From assembly GCA_965198125.1 (NCBI GenBank), contig CBDAOQ010000003.1, positions 4,149,659 to 4,213,658 of the forward strand: a stretch of 64,000 bases of DNA. The letters are read 5' to 3'. The notes under the pieces are model-generated. The model did not search any database. It had not been told where the DNA came from and saw only the letters and a program-made list of their open reading frames with translations. The stretch is from Candidatus Versatilivorator sp. (GTDB lineage: Bacteria; Acidobacteriota; Terriglobia; Versatilivoradales; Versatilivoraceae). Position 1 is the stretch's first letter. Every line of letters starts with the position of its first letter. Shown here piece by piece: positions 45,068 to 55,074 of the stretch. Made by a program: the position numbers and the translations under genes.

Positions 45068-46498
45068 TCAGGGCGCTTCAATGGCGTAGACGTGGGAGCG
45101 GGTCATGATGTAGAGGGTGCCGTTGGCAACCACGGGAGTGCTGTAGACGGTGTTGCCGAAGTTGAATTCGTCGATGAGTCTCTTCTGACGGCTGGCCTCC
45201 AGAATGGTGAGGTCACCGTCCTCGTCTCCCAGCATGACCTTGCCGTCCACCACGAAGGGAGAACCCCAGACCGCCGCCAACATGTCATGTTCCCAAAGTA
45301 ATTGGCCGGTGTTCAGGTCCAGGGCACGAAAGAATCCACTGAAATTGGCGGCGTAAAGCAGGCCGTCACGGATGGCCACGGTTGAGATGCTGCGACGGAA
45401 ATCGTGATGCCAAACGGCGCCGGTCGGCGTGATATCCCCTGACTGGGTGGCGTCGATGGCCCAAAGGTGCCCCACGCCTTCGCCGTGCTCGGGGTCCTGG
45501 CCCACCGCGATAAACACTTGGTCGTTGTATACCACGGGTGTCCCAATCAGATTGTTGCGGTCCCCTCGACCGTTCTTCCACTCGGACCCCTTCGGGTTGC
45601 AGTCGAACTTCCAGACTTCCTTCCCGGTCTGGGCTTCAAAGGAATAGAGCCAACCGTCGCCGCCGGCAAAGATGACCTGGGGCCTGCCGGCAATTTCTCC
45701 GTAAGCCGGAGAGGACCACTGACCGTGGAGCACCGAGTCTGCGGGCGCCGCATTCTCCCAGGCCAGCTTGCCGCTGTGCCGGTTCAAGGCCAGGAAACTG
45801 GGGGCTCGAGGCACCGGAATATTGATGTGGCTCTCATCGGTGCCATTGGAAGTGTTGACGAAGATCAGATCCCCCACCAGCAGCGGCGAGCTGGTGGCCA
45901 GGTTGTGCGGGAAGACCCCCAACTCTTCAATCATGTCGAAGGTCCACACCACGTCCCCGTCGATCGGGGAGGTGTGTTTCTCGTCCTTGACGGGTCCGTC
46001 GTTTTCGCCATCCAGAAACCCTTCGGTGTCCAGGCTCACCACTTCTGCCCGGTTGGAAACGTAGTACAGTCGATCTCCAGCCAATGCCGGCGAGGAGCAG
46101 ATGCCCTGTTCAGGCCAGTCGTTGACTCTGCCGGCGGCCAGCTTTTCGTGAGTCATCTGCCAAAGGAATTTCCCGTCCTTCTCTCGGAAACACATGATGA
46201 CGCCCCGGTCTCCCTTCTGTTGGTCGTTGCGCAGCCTCTGGTTGTTGGTTCCCACGAAGACCTTGCCACCCGAGATGGTGGGGTTTCCATAGGACTGGGA
46301 TCCGATCGCGGCAATCCACTTGATGTTTTTCCCGGTCTTCAGGTCCCAATGGGCCGGAATTCCCATGGCGTCCGAGACCATGTTCCGGTCGGGTCTACCT
46401 CCCCACATGGGCCAGTCCCCGGCCAGACCGGAGAGGACGCCTCCGCCCGCCAGTAACAGGACCACCGCTGCAAAGACCTTCAGCTTTGGCAATGACAT
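45068..46498 (-). CDS. secreted PQQ-like beta-propeller repeat protein
   Basis: Start set to ATG 46498. Signal peptide, GDWPMWGG opening, and repeated ..G.LY...... propeller blades. Confidence 0.8.
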   Translation of the reverse strand: MSLPKLKVFAAVVLLLAGGGVLSGLAGDWPMWGGRPDRNMVSDAMGIPAHWDLKTGKNIKWIAAIGSQSYGNPTISGGKVFVGTNNQRLRNDQQKGDRGVIMCFREKDGKFLWQMTHEKLAAGRVNDWPEQGICSSPALAGDRLYYVSNRAEVVSLDTEGFLDGENDGPVKDEKHTSPIDGDVVWTFDMIEELGVFPHNLATSSPLLVGDLIFVNTSNGTDESHINIPVPRAPSFLALNRHSGKLAWENAAPADSVLHGQWSSPAYGEIAGRPQVIFAGGDGWLYSFEAQTGKEVWKFDCNPKGSEWKNGRGDRNNLIGTPVVYNDQVFIAVGQDPEHGEGVGHLWAIDATQSGDITPTGAVWHHDFRRSISTVAIRDGLLYAANFSGFFRALDLNTGQLLWEHDMLAAVWGSPFVVDGKVMLGDEDGDLTILEASRQKRLIDEFNFGNTVYSTPVVANGTLYIMTRSHVYAIEAP

Positions 46499-46536
46499 GC
46501 GTTTCCTCTCAACCCCTCGGCCCGATCTGGCCATCC

Positions 46537-48765
46537 TCAATGACCGGATGGCGCGACGGAGACGTTGTCGTAGTAAATTTCGGCTGCGGAATAACCGTAG
46601 ATCCCCGGACTGCCCTGACGGTGCACGATTGGGTCCAGGACCTCGATGGACCACCCTTCGGGCTCGGGCTCATCGCGCTTCCAGACCTTTCCCCTGACCA
46701 TTCCCCCGGTTCCTTCAGGAAGAATCTCAACTCGAAGCTTCATCCGGTACCACACGTCCGGGTCGACTCGATAGTCAATGGTCTTGGAGAAGTGCCCCAG
46801 TTCCGAGAGCCAACTCCGGATCTGCAGCTTCTGGCGGTTGCCCATCAAGGCCAGGATATAGCGCTGGGCGATCAGACCCATGTCCGGAAGACGGCGGCGT
46901 TGTTCCGTGCCCATCATCTCGGCTTGAATCTGGTAGCCCGATGCCTTCCAATCTCCCAGAAACACCATGGTCCGCCACGACCGAGGGTTTTTGGACAGCT
47001 TCTTCAGCACCTTGTTCCCGTCCAGTGAGGTCACTACGAATCGGCCCCGGGCGGCATTCCAGCCGTCGGCAACCGTTCCCTCCTCCAACCGTTCAAAGTC
47101 CTCCTGGAAAGGAATGGCGGGTCGCGAGCTGACACGAGCCCTTCCCTGCAGGTTGCCGACCCGGGCGATCAGCAGGCCTCCCTGAGGAACGTTGCCGTCA
47201 CTGAGAGTGAGGCGCCCATCGGCGGAAACCTTTCCCTGTATTCCCTCAAGGGACCAAACCGCTTCCGTCGGTTTCATGCGGCCCCGTGCGTCCACCACCC
47301 GAGCCACGAAGGTTCTGGAGGCGCCGGGAGAGAGAACCACCTCCCCGGGCTCCACCATGACCCGGTGGACCCGACCCTGGAAGGAGTCGTTATCGCCTGC
47401 CTGGGATTCCCCCGGGGCGGGAGCCTCCCGGTTGCGATCCTCGAGGCCGATGCAATAGAGCCTATTGCGAGTCAGCAGATAGATGCGGCCATTGGCCACC
47501 GCAGGCGAACCGTTGATGGAGACGGCCGAACCGTCGGCATTGGTAAATCGATCCAGATCCAGCTCTTCGGGGGGTTGGTGGCCGCGCAGGCCCAAAATGT
47601 GGAACTGTCCGTCAACGTCTGAAACAAAAAGCTTGCCGTCGGCGACAACGGGCGAGGCTCGCTGCATGACTCCCAGGTTGTGCTTCCAAAGCTGTTTACC
47701 CGTGTCGGCGCCGAAGGCGACCAGATTGGCCGAATTGTCTACATGATAGAGGATGTTGTCCGCCAGGGCCGGCGAGGCATAGCCCGCGGTGAACCCATCC
47801 ACTTGCCAGACGACCTGGGGCTTGCCGTCAACGATCTGAGAGGCATCCAGGCAAACCAGTCGGCCCATGGCCGTGCTGGCGTCGACATTCTCTTCGCCGT
47901 GGGAGGCGAAAACCCGACTGCCCCGAACCACGACCGAGGAGTTGATCCCTCTCTTGCTGAATGGGAAGCCCCAGACCCTGTTACCCGTCGCCAGGCTGAG
48001 CCCGTAGATCGAACCGTCCCCGTTTCCACCGATCAGGAGCCGTTGACCGTTGATCCGGCTCACCACCGGGACTGTGTAGGTGGTGTCCTTGGGCGCTTTG
48101 CCGGGAGTGGTCACCCAAACGGTTCCACCGGTGCGCTTGTCCAGAGCATAAAACCGGTCCCGTGGAATTGCCGTCGAACCCCATCCGGCGCTCAGAAAAT
48201 TGACGAACAGAAGGTTCCCGTGCAAGGTTGGAGTGACGGTCCTCCCCCCATAGCCGGAAATTCTCCCGACCTCTTCGGCGAATGATCTGGCCCAGACCAC
48301 CTTGCCGTCAGGATCCAGACAGTGCACCATCCCTTCGATTCCATTGGCAAAGATATGGCCCGTGGTCGGATCGGCTGCCAGGCTGGCCCAACCGACTCGG
48401 TGGTGGGGGATATCGGTCAGGAACACCTTGTAGCGGAATTCCCATCGCAGATCCCCGGTCTCGGCGTCGAAGCAGGCAATCTGTTCCTGCCAGCCGGGCG
48501 GCGTGTCCGGTTCCGCCAAGGTGATGACACAGACCCGTCCGTCCACCACAATCGGCGTGGAGCGGCCGCCGATGGACCGCTTCCATCTCAGGTTCTCCCC
48601 CTCCGGCGACCAGGTCGAGGGCAACCCCGTCTCCACAGAGCCCCCGTCCGCGTTGGATCCGCGCCACAAGGGCCAGTCGGCGGCTCCGGCTGAAACCGCC
48701 AGCCACCCTGCGCTCCAGACGGAGAAAGCAAGCCATGCCGTCAGGATCTGCATTGCCGTTCGCAT
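46537..48765 (-). CDS. secreted PQQ-like beta-propeller protein with C-terminal LamG/DUF1080-like jelly-roll
   Basis: Start set to ATG 48765. Signal peptide and ADWPLWRG opening, paralogous to the downstream gene. The C-terminal ~200 aa contain W..ARGRFVV..G..VLKK..YRMKLRV..GIYGY..IYYDNV. Confidence 0.8.
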   Translation of the reverse strand: MRTAMQILTAWLAFSVWSAGWLAVSAGAADWPLWRGSNADGGSVETGLPSTWSPEGENLRWKRSIGGRSTPIVVDGRVCVITLAEPDTPPGWQEQIACFDAETGDLRWEFRYKVFLTDIPHHRVGWASLAADPTTGHIFANGIEGMVHCLDPDGKVVWARSFAEEVGRISGYGGRTVTPTLHGNLLFVNFLSAGWGSTAIPRDRFYALDKRTGGTVWVTTPGKAPKDTTYTVPVVSRINGQRLLIGGNGDGSIYGLSLATGNRVWGFPFSKRGINSSVVVRGSRVFASHGEENVDASTAMGRLVCLDASQIVDGKPQVVWQVDGFTAGYASPALADNILYHVDNSANLVAFGADTGKQLWKHNLGVMQRASPVVADGKLFVSDVDGQFHILGLRGHQPPEELDLDRFTNADGSAVSINGSPAVANGRIYLLTRNRLYCIGLEDRNREAPAPGESQAGDNDSFQGRVHRVMVEPGEVVLSPGASRTFVARVVDARGRMKPTEAVWSLEGIQGKVSADGRLTLSDGNVPQGGLLIARVGNLQGRARVSSRPAIPFQEDFERLEEGTVADGWNAARGRFVVTSLDGNKVLKKLSKNPRSWRTMVFLGDWKASGYQIQAEMMGTEQRRRLPDMGLIAQRYILALMGNRQKLQIRSWLSELGHFSKTIDYRVDPDVWYRMKLRVEILPEGTGGMVRGKVWKRDEPEPEGWSIEVLDPIVHRQGSPGIYGYSAAEIYYDNVSVAPSGH

Positions 48766-48938
48766 CAAATGGAATCCCCCTGCGCCCCGTCGACTTGAAG
48801 GTTGAACCGCCGGCCTCCCGAATTCACCGACGCCGGTCCAATCATTATCAGGTTGAAGGACAAAAAACAAAAGTGTTATCTCGACGGGGTCCGGCAGTCT
48901 TCCACTCTCTCCCGCGCCCCAGGCGGAGGGTGGTTAAG

Positions 48939-49003
48939 TGGATAGTGGATAGTGGCCAGTGGTTAGTGGCTAGTTGATTGGATCGATGCGTTAAGCATCT
49001 TGT
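48939..49003. repeat. family H: heptamer array TGGATAG x2 + TGGCCAG/TGGTTAG/TGGCTAG, then conserved flank
   Basis: The reverse complement matches 43883-43936 (ACAAGATGCTTAACG..CGATCCAA..CTATCCACTATCCACTATCCA). Confidence 0.8.
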
Positions 49004-49052
49004 CTCGAATGTTTCCCCGAATCCGAAGTACGGTCCCCGAATACGGCGCCAT

Positions 49053-50753
49053 TCACGGGTTGGGCTTCCCCGGTCCATACAGGACTTCCCCCGGCCTGGC
49101 ATCGAGGGGACGCCCGGCGTCGATCACCAGTGTTCCGTTGACGATGACATACTCGATGCCCTCCGCCAGGCGGTGAGGCTCCTGAAAACTGGCATGGCCG
49201 GCGACTCGCTCCGCATCGAAAATGGCAATATCGGCCTTCATGCCCACCTGGAGAAGACCTCGGTCTTTGAGACCCAACTTGGCTGCGTTCATTCCCGTCA
49301 TTTTGTGAACGGCCTCCTCAAGGTCCAGAACCTGCTCCACTCTCACATACTGTCCCAGGACTCGGACAAAGGCGCCATATCCGTGGGGATGAGGCGTCCC
49401 CCCACCTGGCAAGTCCCTGCCGCCCGCAGCCCCGCCCGAGCCAATGGACATCCAGGGGACCTGCAGGGCGCGACGCAGGTCCGCCTCGCTCATGAGGGGG
49501 TAAAGGACTCCGACCGGGCCCTTCGATTCCCGCAACAGATCAAAGAGGGTCTCTCCGGGACTCCGGCCCAGTTGGGCCGCGATGGCCTGGATGCTTTTCC
49601 CGGCCAGGGCCTGGTATTTCCGGGAGTCTGCCTGCAACAGCACTATTGCCTCCCAGCCGCCCGCCGCCCGGAAAGGGTTGACCCCGCCAGGCTGTTTCTG
49701 CCGAAGTTCTCGCAGAATGCGGACACGAAGGTCGCGTCCGGACAGCCGTTTCAACAGTTCCTCCCTGCCGCCATCACTGGCCCAGGGGGGCAACAAGTCC
49801 ACCAGGTGCGCCCGGGCGTTCCTGTAGGGAGACAGGCTGGCGGTCACGGCCAGCCCCGACTCCCTCGCCTTCTCGATGGAATCGATCGCCTTTTGCAGAC
49901 GTCCGCGGCCGCGGCGGTCGACAACCCTCAAGCCCCTGATGTCCACGGGAATTTGGGCCTGCTCGGCTAGCTGGATGGCCTCCTTTAGGGACTTTTCAAT
50001 GCCGCTGGCGGAATTGCCGATCTCGGTGGCATAGATCCCGCCATGGGATTTCACCTCCCGGACCAGTTCGGCGAGTTGTTCCCCGCTCAGAATGCCTTCG
50101 GTAGCCGGCCGCGCCGAGCTGGCGAGCCCCAGCGCGCCCTCCAGCATGGCCTGCCGGACCAACTGGGTCATTGCGGCAACCTCGGGCTGGGTGGGTTCAC
50201 GCACGTCATCACCCAGAACGGAGCGGCGCACACCTCCGGCCCGGACGTATGAGGCCACGTTGACCGCGATTCCACCTTGCTGCAATCGAAGGAACGTTTG
50301 TGCCAAGGGGGTCCGGTCGGTGGGGACTGCCTGGGATGCGGGCCTCCCCCCGCCCGCGGAATGGAAGGCATGGTCCGGATGGCCCCCGCCCAGAATTTCG
50401 GTCGTCACCCCCTGATGAACCTTGCTGAGGGCGTTGGAGTGAATCATCGAGCCTGCGTCGGAGTGACTGTGGATATCGATGAAGCCGGGAGTGACCCACA
50501 GTCCCCGCGCGTCGATCACTCGACGGCCTTTCTGCTCCCGGTCCTTCAGTGTCCCCACATGCACGATCTCGTCCCCGCGAATGGCCACGTCCCCTGGAAA
50601 CCACAGGGAACCCGAGCCATCGACGAGCTTGCCGCCGGCGATGATCAGGTCGAACGGGTATTGGGGAGATTCCCGACAGGCGAGCAGGTTGCAGCAAAGG
50701 AGCAGCGCCAGGGTGGCCCGCTTGAGTGAAGGCGGCGGCATCTTGAGAGTCAT
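49053..50753 (-). CDS. N-acyl-D-amino-acid deacylase (D-aminoacylase) family amidohydrolase, lipoprotein signal
   Basis: LLLCCNLLAC lipobox-like signal, IAGGKLVDGSG..GDVAIRGDEIVHVG, GFIDIHSHSD metal motif, and a C-terminal beta-barrel (VIVNGTLVID). Confidence 0.85.
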   Translation of the reverse strand: MTLKMPPPSLKRATLALLLCCNLLACRESPQYPFDLIIAGGKLVDGSGSLWFPGDVAIRGDEIVHVGTLKDREQKGRRVIDARGLWVTPGFIDIHSHSDAGSMIHSNALSKVHQGVTTEILGGGHPDHAFHSAGGGRPASQAVPTDRTPLAQTFLRLQQGGIAVNVASYVRAGGVRRSVLGDDVREPTQPEVAAMTQLVRQAMLEGALGLASSARPATEGILSGEQLAELVREVKSHGGIYATEIGNSASGIEKSLKEAIQLAEQAQIPVDIRGLRVVDRRGRGRLQKAIDSIEKARESGLAVTASLSPYRNARAHLVDLLPPWASDGGREELLKRLSGRDLRVRILRELRQKQPGGVNPFRAAGGWEAIVLLQADSRKYQALAGKSIQAIAAQLGRSPGETLFDLLRESKGPVGVLYPLMSEADLRRALQVPWMSIGSGGAAGGRDLPGGGTPHPHGYGAFVRVLGQYVRVEQVLDLEEAVHKMTGMNAAKLGLKDRGLLQVGMKADIAIFDAERVAGHASFQEPHRLAEGIEYVIVNGTLVIDAGRPLDARPGEVLYGPGKPNP

Positions 50754-50781
50754 GGTTCCGGCAGTGGGGTTGAGGATTGGG

Positions 50782-51147
50782 TCAGGTCGACTGGGGCTGA
50801 AGGAACCGTCCAGCCACCTCGTTCATTTTTTCCAGCGTCAGTCTCCAGTGGGAGTCGTGCCAGAGGACCTTGGAGCCGGAAATGAGCAGCAGTTGAGGGG
50901 ATTCATGGTCCACCCCCAATTGCTCTGAGATCTGATTCGAAAGCGAACGCTCTTCAATCACTCGAACCAGCGCACAGGTGCAGGGGCGGTTGGCCCCGCC
51001 TTGTCGGTCGAATTCGGTGAAGGCGGAGTAGACCTCGGCGCTGATGGGACATTGGCTGCTGTGCTTCAGCAGAAAGACCGCTTCCCGATCCGAACCCGCC
51101 AGCAGGTCCTGCACATCCGCTGGAGTCTTGATCTGAAAAAAGGACAT
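50782..51147 (-). CDS. ytxJ: YtxJ/DUF2847 (monothiol bacilliredoxin-like) protein
   Basis: Start set to ATG 51147. FLLKHSSQCPIS active-site context; 121 aa. Confidence 0.8.
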   Translation of the reverse strand: MSFFQIKTPADVQDLLAGSDREAVFLLKHSSQCPISAEVYSAFTEFDRQGGANRPCTCALVRVIEERSLSNQISEQLGVDHESPQLLLISGSKVLWHDSHWRLTLEKMNEVAGRFLQPQST

Positions 51148-51184
51148 GGACGCTAACACTCCCTTCCGAAGACCTGGGATGCGA

Positions 51185-52240
51185 TCACTCCGAACCGGCC
51201 GGGGAGGAGTCCTCGGCCGCCGGGTCCGGCTTCCCGTTGCCGCCAGCCAGATCCTCCCGGGCCCGAGCCAGCAGGTCTTGCAGGCCTTCCAGCGAGTTCT
51301 GGTGCGTTGTGCGGTAAAGAGACTCGAGGTTGCGGCGGGAAATCTGTTGATAGCTGCCGTCGAGAAGGGAAGCTCGGGCAAAGGCATTCATGGCTTGCGG
51401 GAATCGCATCAATCGAGTCGACACCACTCCCAATTGGAAGTGAACGAATTGGGACCGTGGTTCCGCATCCAGCGATTTGGTGAGATATCCGTAAGCCCGC
51501 GCCAGGTGGAGCGTGGCCAGCTTGGGCCGACCCGCGGCGCCGGTCCCCGGGCTCTTCGGCTGGGACGAGCCCGCTTCGGGGCCTGCCTGGTCGGGAGGGC
51601 TCTCCCCCGGCGGGGGAGCCTCCTTCGTGGCCTGCCGTTCGATCTCATACTTGACCAGATAGGCGTGGCCCAGCCCGGCAAGGCTTTGAGCCATATAGCG
51701 GCGGTATTCGGCCTCCCACTGCTGCTGGTCGGTATTGGCGGGCCGGACGATTTTCTGCAGCCGTCCCAGGGCTCGCGTGGCCAATTGAATGGAGCGGTCA
51801 GGCTCTCCCTTCGACGAGTGAGCCAGGGCCATCAGCACCAGGATCGGAATGTTGTCGGGTGAATGCCGCAGCGTTTTCTGGCCGTGCTCCAACATTTTCT
51901 CCGGCTGATTCAGGCTTTGGTAATCCAAGGTAGCCAGGTGGTGAACCGAGCCTAGATAATTGGATTCCGGATACTGCTGCACAAACGCCTCGATCAGGCC
52001 GGTGCGCTGGGTGGGGTCGCTGGATTGTTCTATCCGGAGAAAATCCTCCCGCTCGGCCGGGTCTTGGGCCAGTTCTTCGGCGGGCTCCGGAACGTCGTAG
52101 ATTCTGAGCTTGCCGGTCCCCGACGAGGGTGGAGCCTGAGCGGCGAGAGCCACCGGCCCAAGGATCTGACACTCCGGTGGGATTGCCGGCAGGCTCATTC
52201 CTGCAAGCACCAGGCACATGGAGAGCAATCTCAAGTTCAT
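51185..52240 (-). CDS. secreted helical-repeat (TPR-like) protein
   Basis: Start set to ATG 52240 (MNLRLLSMCLVLAGMSLPA signal). Architecture is reminiscent of 17514..18599. Confidence 0.65.
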   Translation of the reverse strand: MNLRLLSMCLVLAGMSLPAIPPECQILGPVALAAQAPPSSGTGKLRIYDVPEPAEELAQDPAEREDFLRIEQSSDPTQRTGLIEAFVQQYPESNYLGSVHHLATLDYQSLNQPEKMLEHGQKTLRHSPDNIPILVLMALAHSSKGEPDRSIQLATRALGRLQKIVRPANTDQQQWEAEYRRYMAQSLAGLGHAYLVKYEIERQATKEAPPPGESPPDQAGPEAGSSQPKSPGTGAAGRPKLATLHLARAYGYLTKSLDAEPRSQFVHFQLGVVSTRLMRFPQAMNAFARASLLDGSYQQISRRNLESLYRTTHQNSLEGLQDLLARAREDLAGGNGKPDPAAEDSSPAGSE

Positions 52241-52362
52241 GGCTGTTCCGGAACCATCTACCATCCCGCCAGAATAGCAAAAATGGAAATGGCAGCGCAC
52301 CCTTTTCTGGCTGCGGCGGTTCCTCGGAGGAAAGGGGCAGGTAGCGCGGCGCCCAGGCAAGT

Positions 52363-52950
52363 CGGCCCCCCAACCTGGCTGGCGGATCATTCGAGAGTGA
52401 AACAACGGGTCCTTATGCCTATCGGGAGCAGGGGCCATGTCCCGTTAATTCGGTTGGCTGCATCATTGAACATCGATACACAGGATAGACAGGATAAACA
52501 GGACGAGAAGCTGTTGCACAAGAAGCTGACTGGCTCGATAATCGAGGGCGCGTTTGTGGAAAACCTCAGTGTCCTTCGTGGCACTTCACGGATCTCTTTC
52601 GAGTCTTTTCCAACCCCTTGGAGTCCATTCGCGGATTCATCTTTTGCCCTCTTAACAGATCCTTTATCGCCCTTGGTGGAAATCTTTTTCCCCTGAGCCT
52701 TTTGCAAAATTCGGAGTCGGGCGAGATGGGGGCAGAATGCTCCTGCAAAATAACGCCCTCGAAAGGGATCTGCACCTGGCTAGCCATGGGTTTCCCAGGG
52801 ACAACAACTCTTCCCGACAATAAATCCCGCTTCCTAGCGAATTTTGCAAAAGGCTCCCCTTCCCAACCTTTGGCGGATCCCTCTTGAGCTTTCTCCAACC
52901 CCTTCGTGGCCCTTCGTGGATTTCTTTTTTTGGCCTTTGTGGATAACCCT
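52363..52950. repeat. repeat array: D - linker - A(solo end + ORF stub) - G - F..F(162-bp inverted pair) - G
   Basis: GGCGGATCATTCGAGAGTGAAACA is at 52381-52404 and the A terminus at 52469-52495. The G-type segment 52568-52690 matches the reverse complement of 4505-4633, with a 29-nt identical core. A perfect 19-bp inverted repeat pairs GAGCCTTTTGCAAAATTCG (52695-52713) with 52838-52856. Confidence 0.9.
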
Positions 52951-52970
52951 CAATTGTTTCAAATAAGGGA

Positions 52971-53876
52971 TCAGGAGACGATCCGGGCCTCGTTCTTGAG
53001 GGTACCAATTTCCGGAATGGTAATTTCGACGGTGTCTCCCTCCTGCAGGGCGGCCGCTTCGGTTTGAATGATACCCGTACCGGTCAGCAACACGGTGCCA
53101 TCGGGAACGGGATTGGCGTAGAAGAGCCAGTCGATCAGTTCTTCGATCGTGCGCTTCATCATGCTCAGCCGGGTGTCCCCCGAGAAGATGACCTGGTCGT
53201 GTCTCCTGATCTCGCATCGGATCGACAGGGCGTAGGGATCGGGGACCTCATCGGCGGTCAGCAGGACCGGTCCCAGGGAACAGCATCCGGAATAGATCTT
53301 GGACTGGGGAAGGTAAAGCGGGTTTTCCCGCTCAATGTCCCAGGCCGAGACGTCATTGGAGACCATGAACCCGAGAATTTTGCGGTTGGAGGAAAGCAGG
53401 ACCCCCAACTCCGGCTCCACTGCGGTGAATTTCGAATCCTTCCGTATCCCGATGAAGTCGTTTGGACCGGTGCATCGGGTTGCGGTGCCCTTGAAGAAGA
53501 GTTCCGGCCTCTCGGAGAAATAGACGTAGTCGTAAATTCCTGTGGACGCCTGGGTGTCTCCATCCCGGAATTCGGCGCTTTTCTTGTAGGTCACGCCGCA
53601 GGCCCACACCTCCGGGGGGTGCACGGGAATGGCCGCATGGGGCTTTGCCGGGCTCGGTGGGACGTTCAACTGGGACCAGGTCAGGGGCAGGGCTTGGGAG
53701 GTGCAGTGCCTTTCCACCAGCTCCGCCAGAGAGGTCCCCTCGCGGTTGGCCAGACGGGCGTAGTCCAGCAGGGTGGGCAGGCCGTTGCCGTCTTCCAAGA
53801 CCGGATAGACGCTCTCGTTCTCGACTTTTGCCAGGTGAACTCCGGTTTCAGGATCGTGGATTTGAGCCAGTTTCAT
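52971..53876 (-). CDS. fumarylacetoacetate hydrolase (FAH) family protein
   Basis: Start set to ATG 53876. The C-terminal FAH fold is visible (LGPVLLTADE, GTVLLTGTGI); 301 aa. Confidence 0.8.
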   Translation of the reverse strand: MKLAQIHDPETGVHLAKVENESVYPVLEDGNGLPTLLDYARLANREGTSLAELVERHCTSQALPLTWSQLNVPPSPAKPHAAIPVHPPEVWACGVTYKKSAEFRDGDTQASTGIYDYVYFSERPELFFKGTATRCTGPNDFIGIRKDSKFTAVEPELGVLLSSNRKILGFMVSNDVSAWDIERENPLYLPQSKIYSGCCSLGPVLLTADEVPDPYALSIRCEIRRHDQVIFSGDTRLSMMKRTIEELIDWLFYANPVPDGTVLLTGTGIIQTEAAALQEGDTVEITIPEIGTLKNEARIVS

Positions 53877-54027
53877 GGATGTCTCCTCGCTGCAAGGGAT
53901 GAGTCTTGGTCGCAGCACCGGCCAGACTGTCGGTCCGGGGGTTGAGTTGTTCCTTGGCCAGAGCAGCCGTCCCCTGCCGGTTGCACCAGGTTTGGGCTAC
54001 CCGACCTCACCTTCGGCTGTGGCTTGC

Positions 54028-54687
54028 TCAGTACCGCCTGGACCGCTGCAGGGTGATGTCGAACTTGGCCGTATCGGCCGCCGCCATTACTGCCATGACC
54101 CCGGCTTGCACGGGGTCGCTCACGACCAGATCGGCCGCCTCCGGCACGGTGCCGGCCATGTTGAGCGACAGCACCGTAATTCCCTGCCGCTTGATTTCCT
54201 CGACCGCCCGGGCGATATCCCCGCCCATGATGGCTCCGGCCATGACCAGGACCTTGACCCGCGGCAGCAGGGCCACCGAGCGTACGGCGGCGGCGATGTG
54301 ATCTTCCCCCACCAGCGGGATGGTGTCCACCGAGATCCTCTCGCCGCGCAGGTTGTGCCGGTCGGCTTCGCTGATGGCGCCCAGAGCCACCTGTCCCACC
54401 TGGGCTCCGCCGCCGATGATGATGATCCGTTTGCCGTAGACCTTGAGCAAGGGGTCCAGGGAATCTACGGAAGTCACCACCCCCAGCGCCCGCAGGTCCC
54501 GGAGGAGTGCTTCCATGTCGGTGACATCGCGCAGTTCCAGATAGACGCTGGCTGCGTGGGACCGGCGTTTCACGATGTCCACCGAGCTGATGTTGGCTCC
54601 GTGTTCGGCAATGGTCCGGGTGAGCTGAAACAGAACCCCGGGACGATCCAATGCCTGGATCAGCAAGGCAATTGCTTCTGATTTCAT
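54028..54687 (-). CDS. ACT domain-containing protein with C-terminal Rossmann-like module
   Basis: N-terminal ACT (ALDRPGVLFQLTRTIAEHGANISSVDI) followed by KRIIIIGGGAQVG...VLVMAGAIMGG. Confidence 0.7.
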   Translation of the reverse strand: MKSEAIALLIQALDRPGVLFQLTRTIAEHGANISSVDIVKRRSHAASVYLELRDVTDMEALLRDLRALGVVTSVDSLDPLLKVYGKRIIIIGGGAQVGQVALGAISEADRHNLRGERISVDTIPLVGEDHIAAAVRSVALLPRVKVLVMAGAIMGGDIARAVEEIKRQGITVLSLNMAGTVPEAADLVVSDPVQAGVMAVMAAADTAKFDITLQRSRRY

Positions 54688-55074
54688 GCGGACGCCACCT
54701 CGGTGGTCTCAAATCGTTGCAAGTCCAGCTTCCCGAAATCTAAAGCAAGCCCTATGCGGAGAAAATGCAGTACCTGGCCCGGGTGCGGGATGGATCGCGG
54801 CGACAGCTCCGAGACGGTTACAGGTGCTGTCAGGTGGTGGGAGTGAGGCGGGACAGTGCCCAGGTGCTGCCTTTGTATTGGGAAGACAATAGGGGCCGTC
54901 CCCTTTCTCCCATTCCATCCACTTCCACTTCCGGGCTGCCGCCAGTCCTGTTGCCGCCCCGACGACGCTGTCTCTTTCCCTCAACCCCTTCACTCTTGGG
55001 TGGGATGCTCCAGGTCATGATTTCGGGGTTTCAGTCCTTCGTCACTCCACGGCGCACGGAGAAATGCGACCTGA

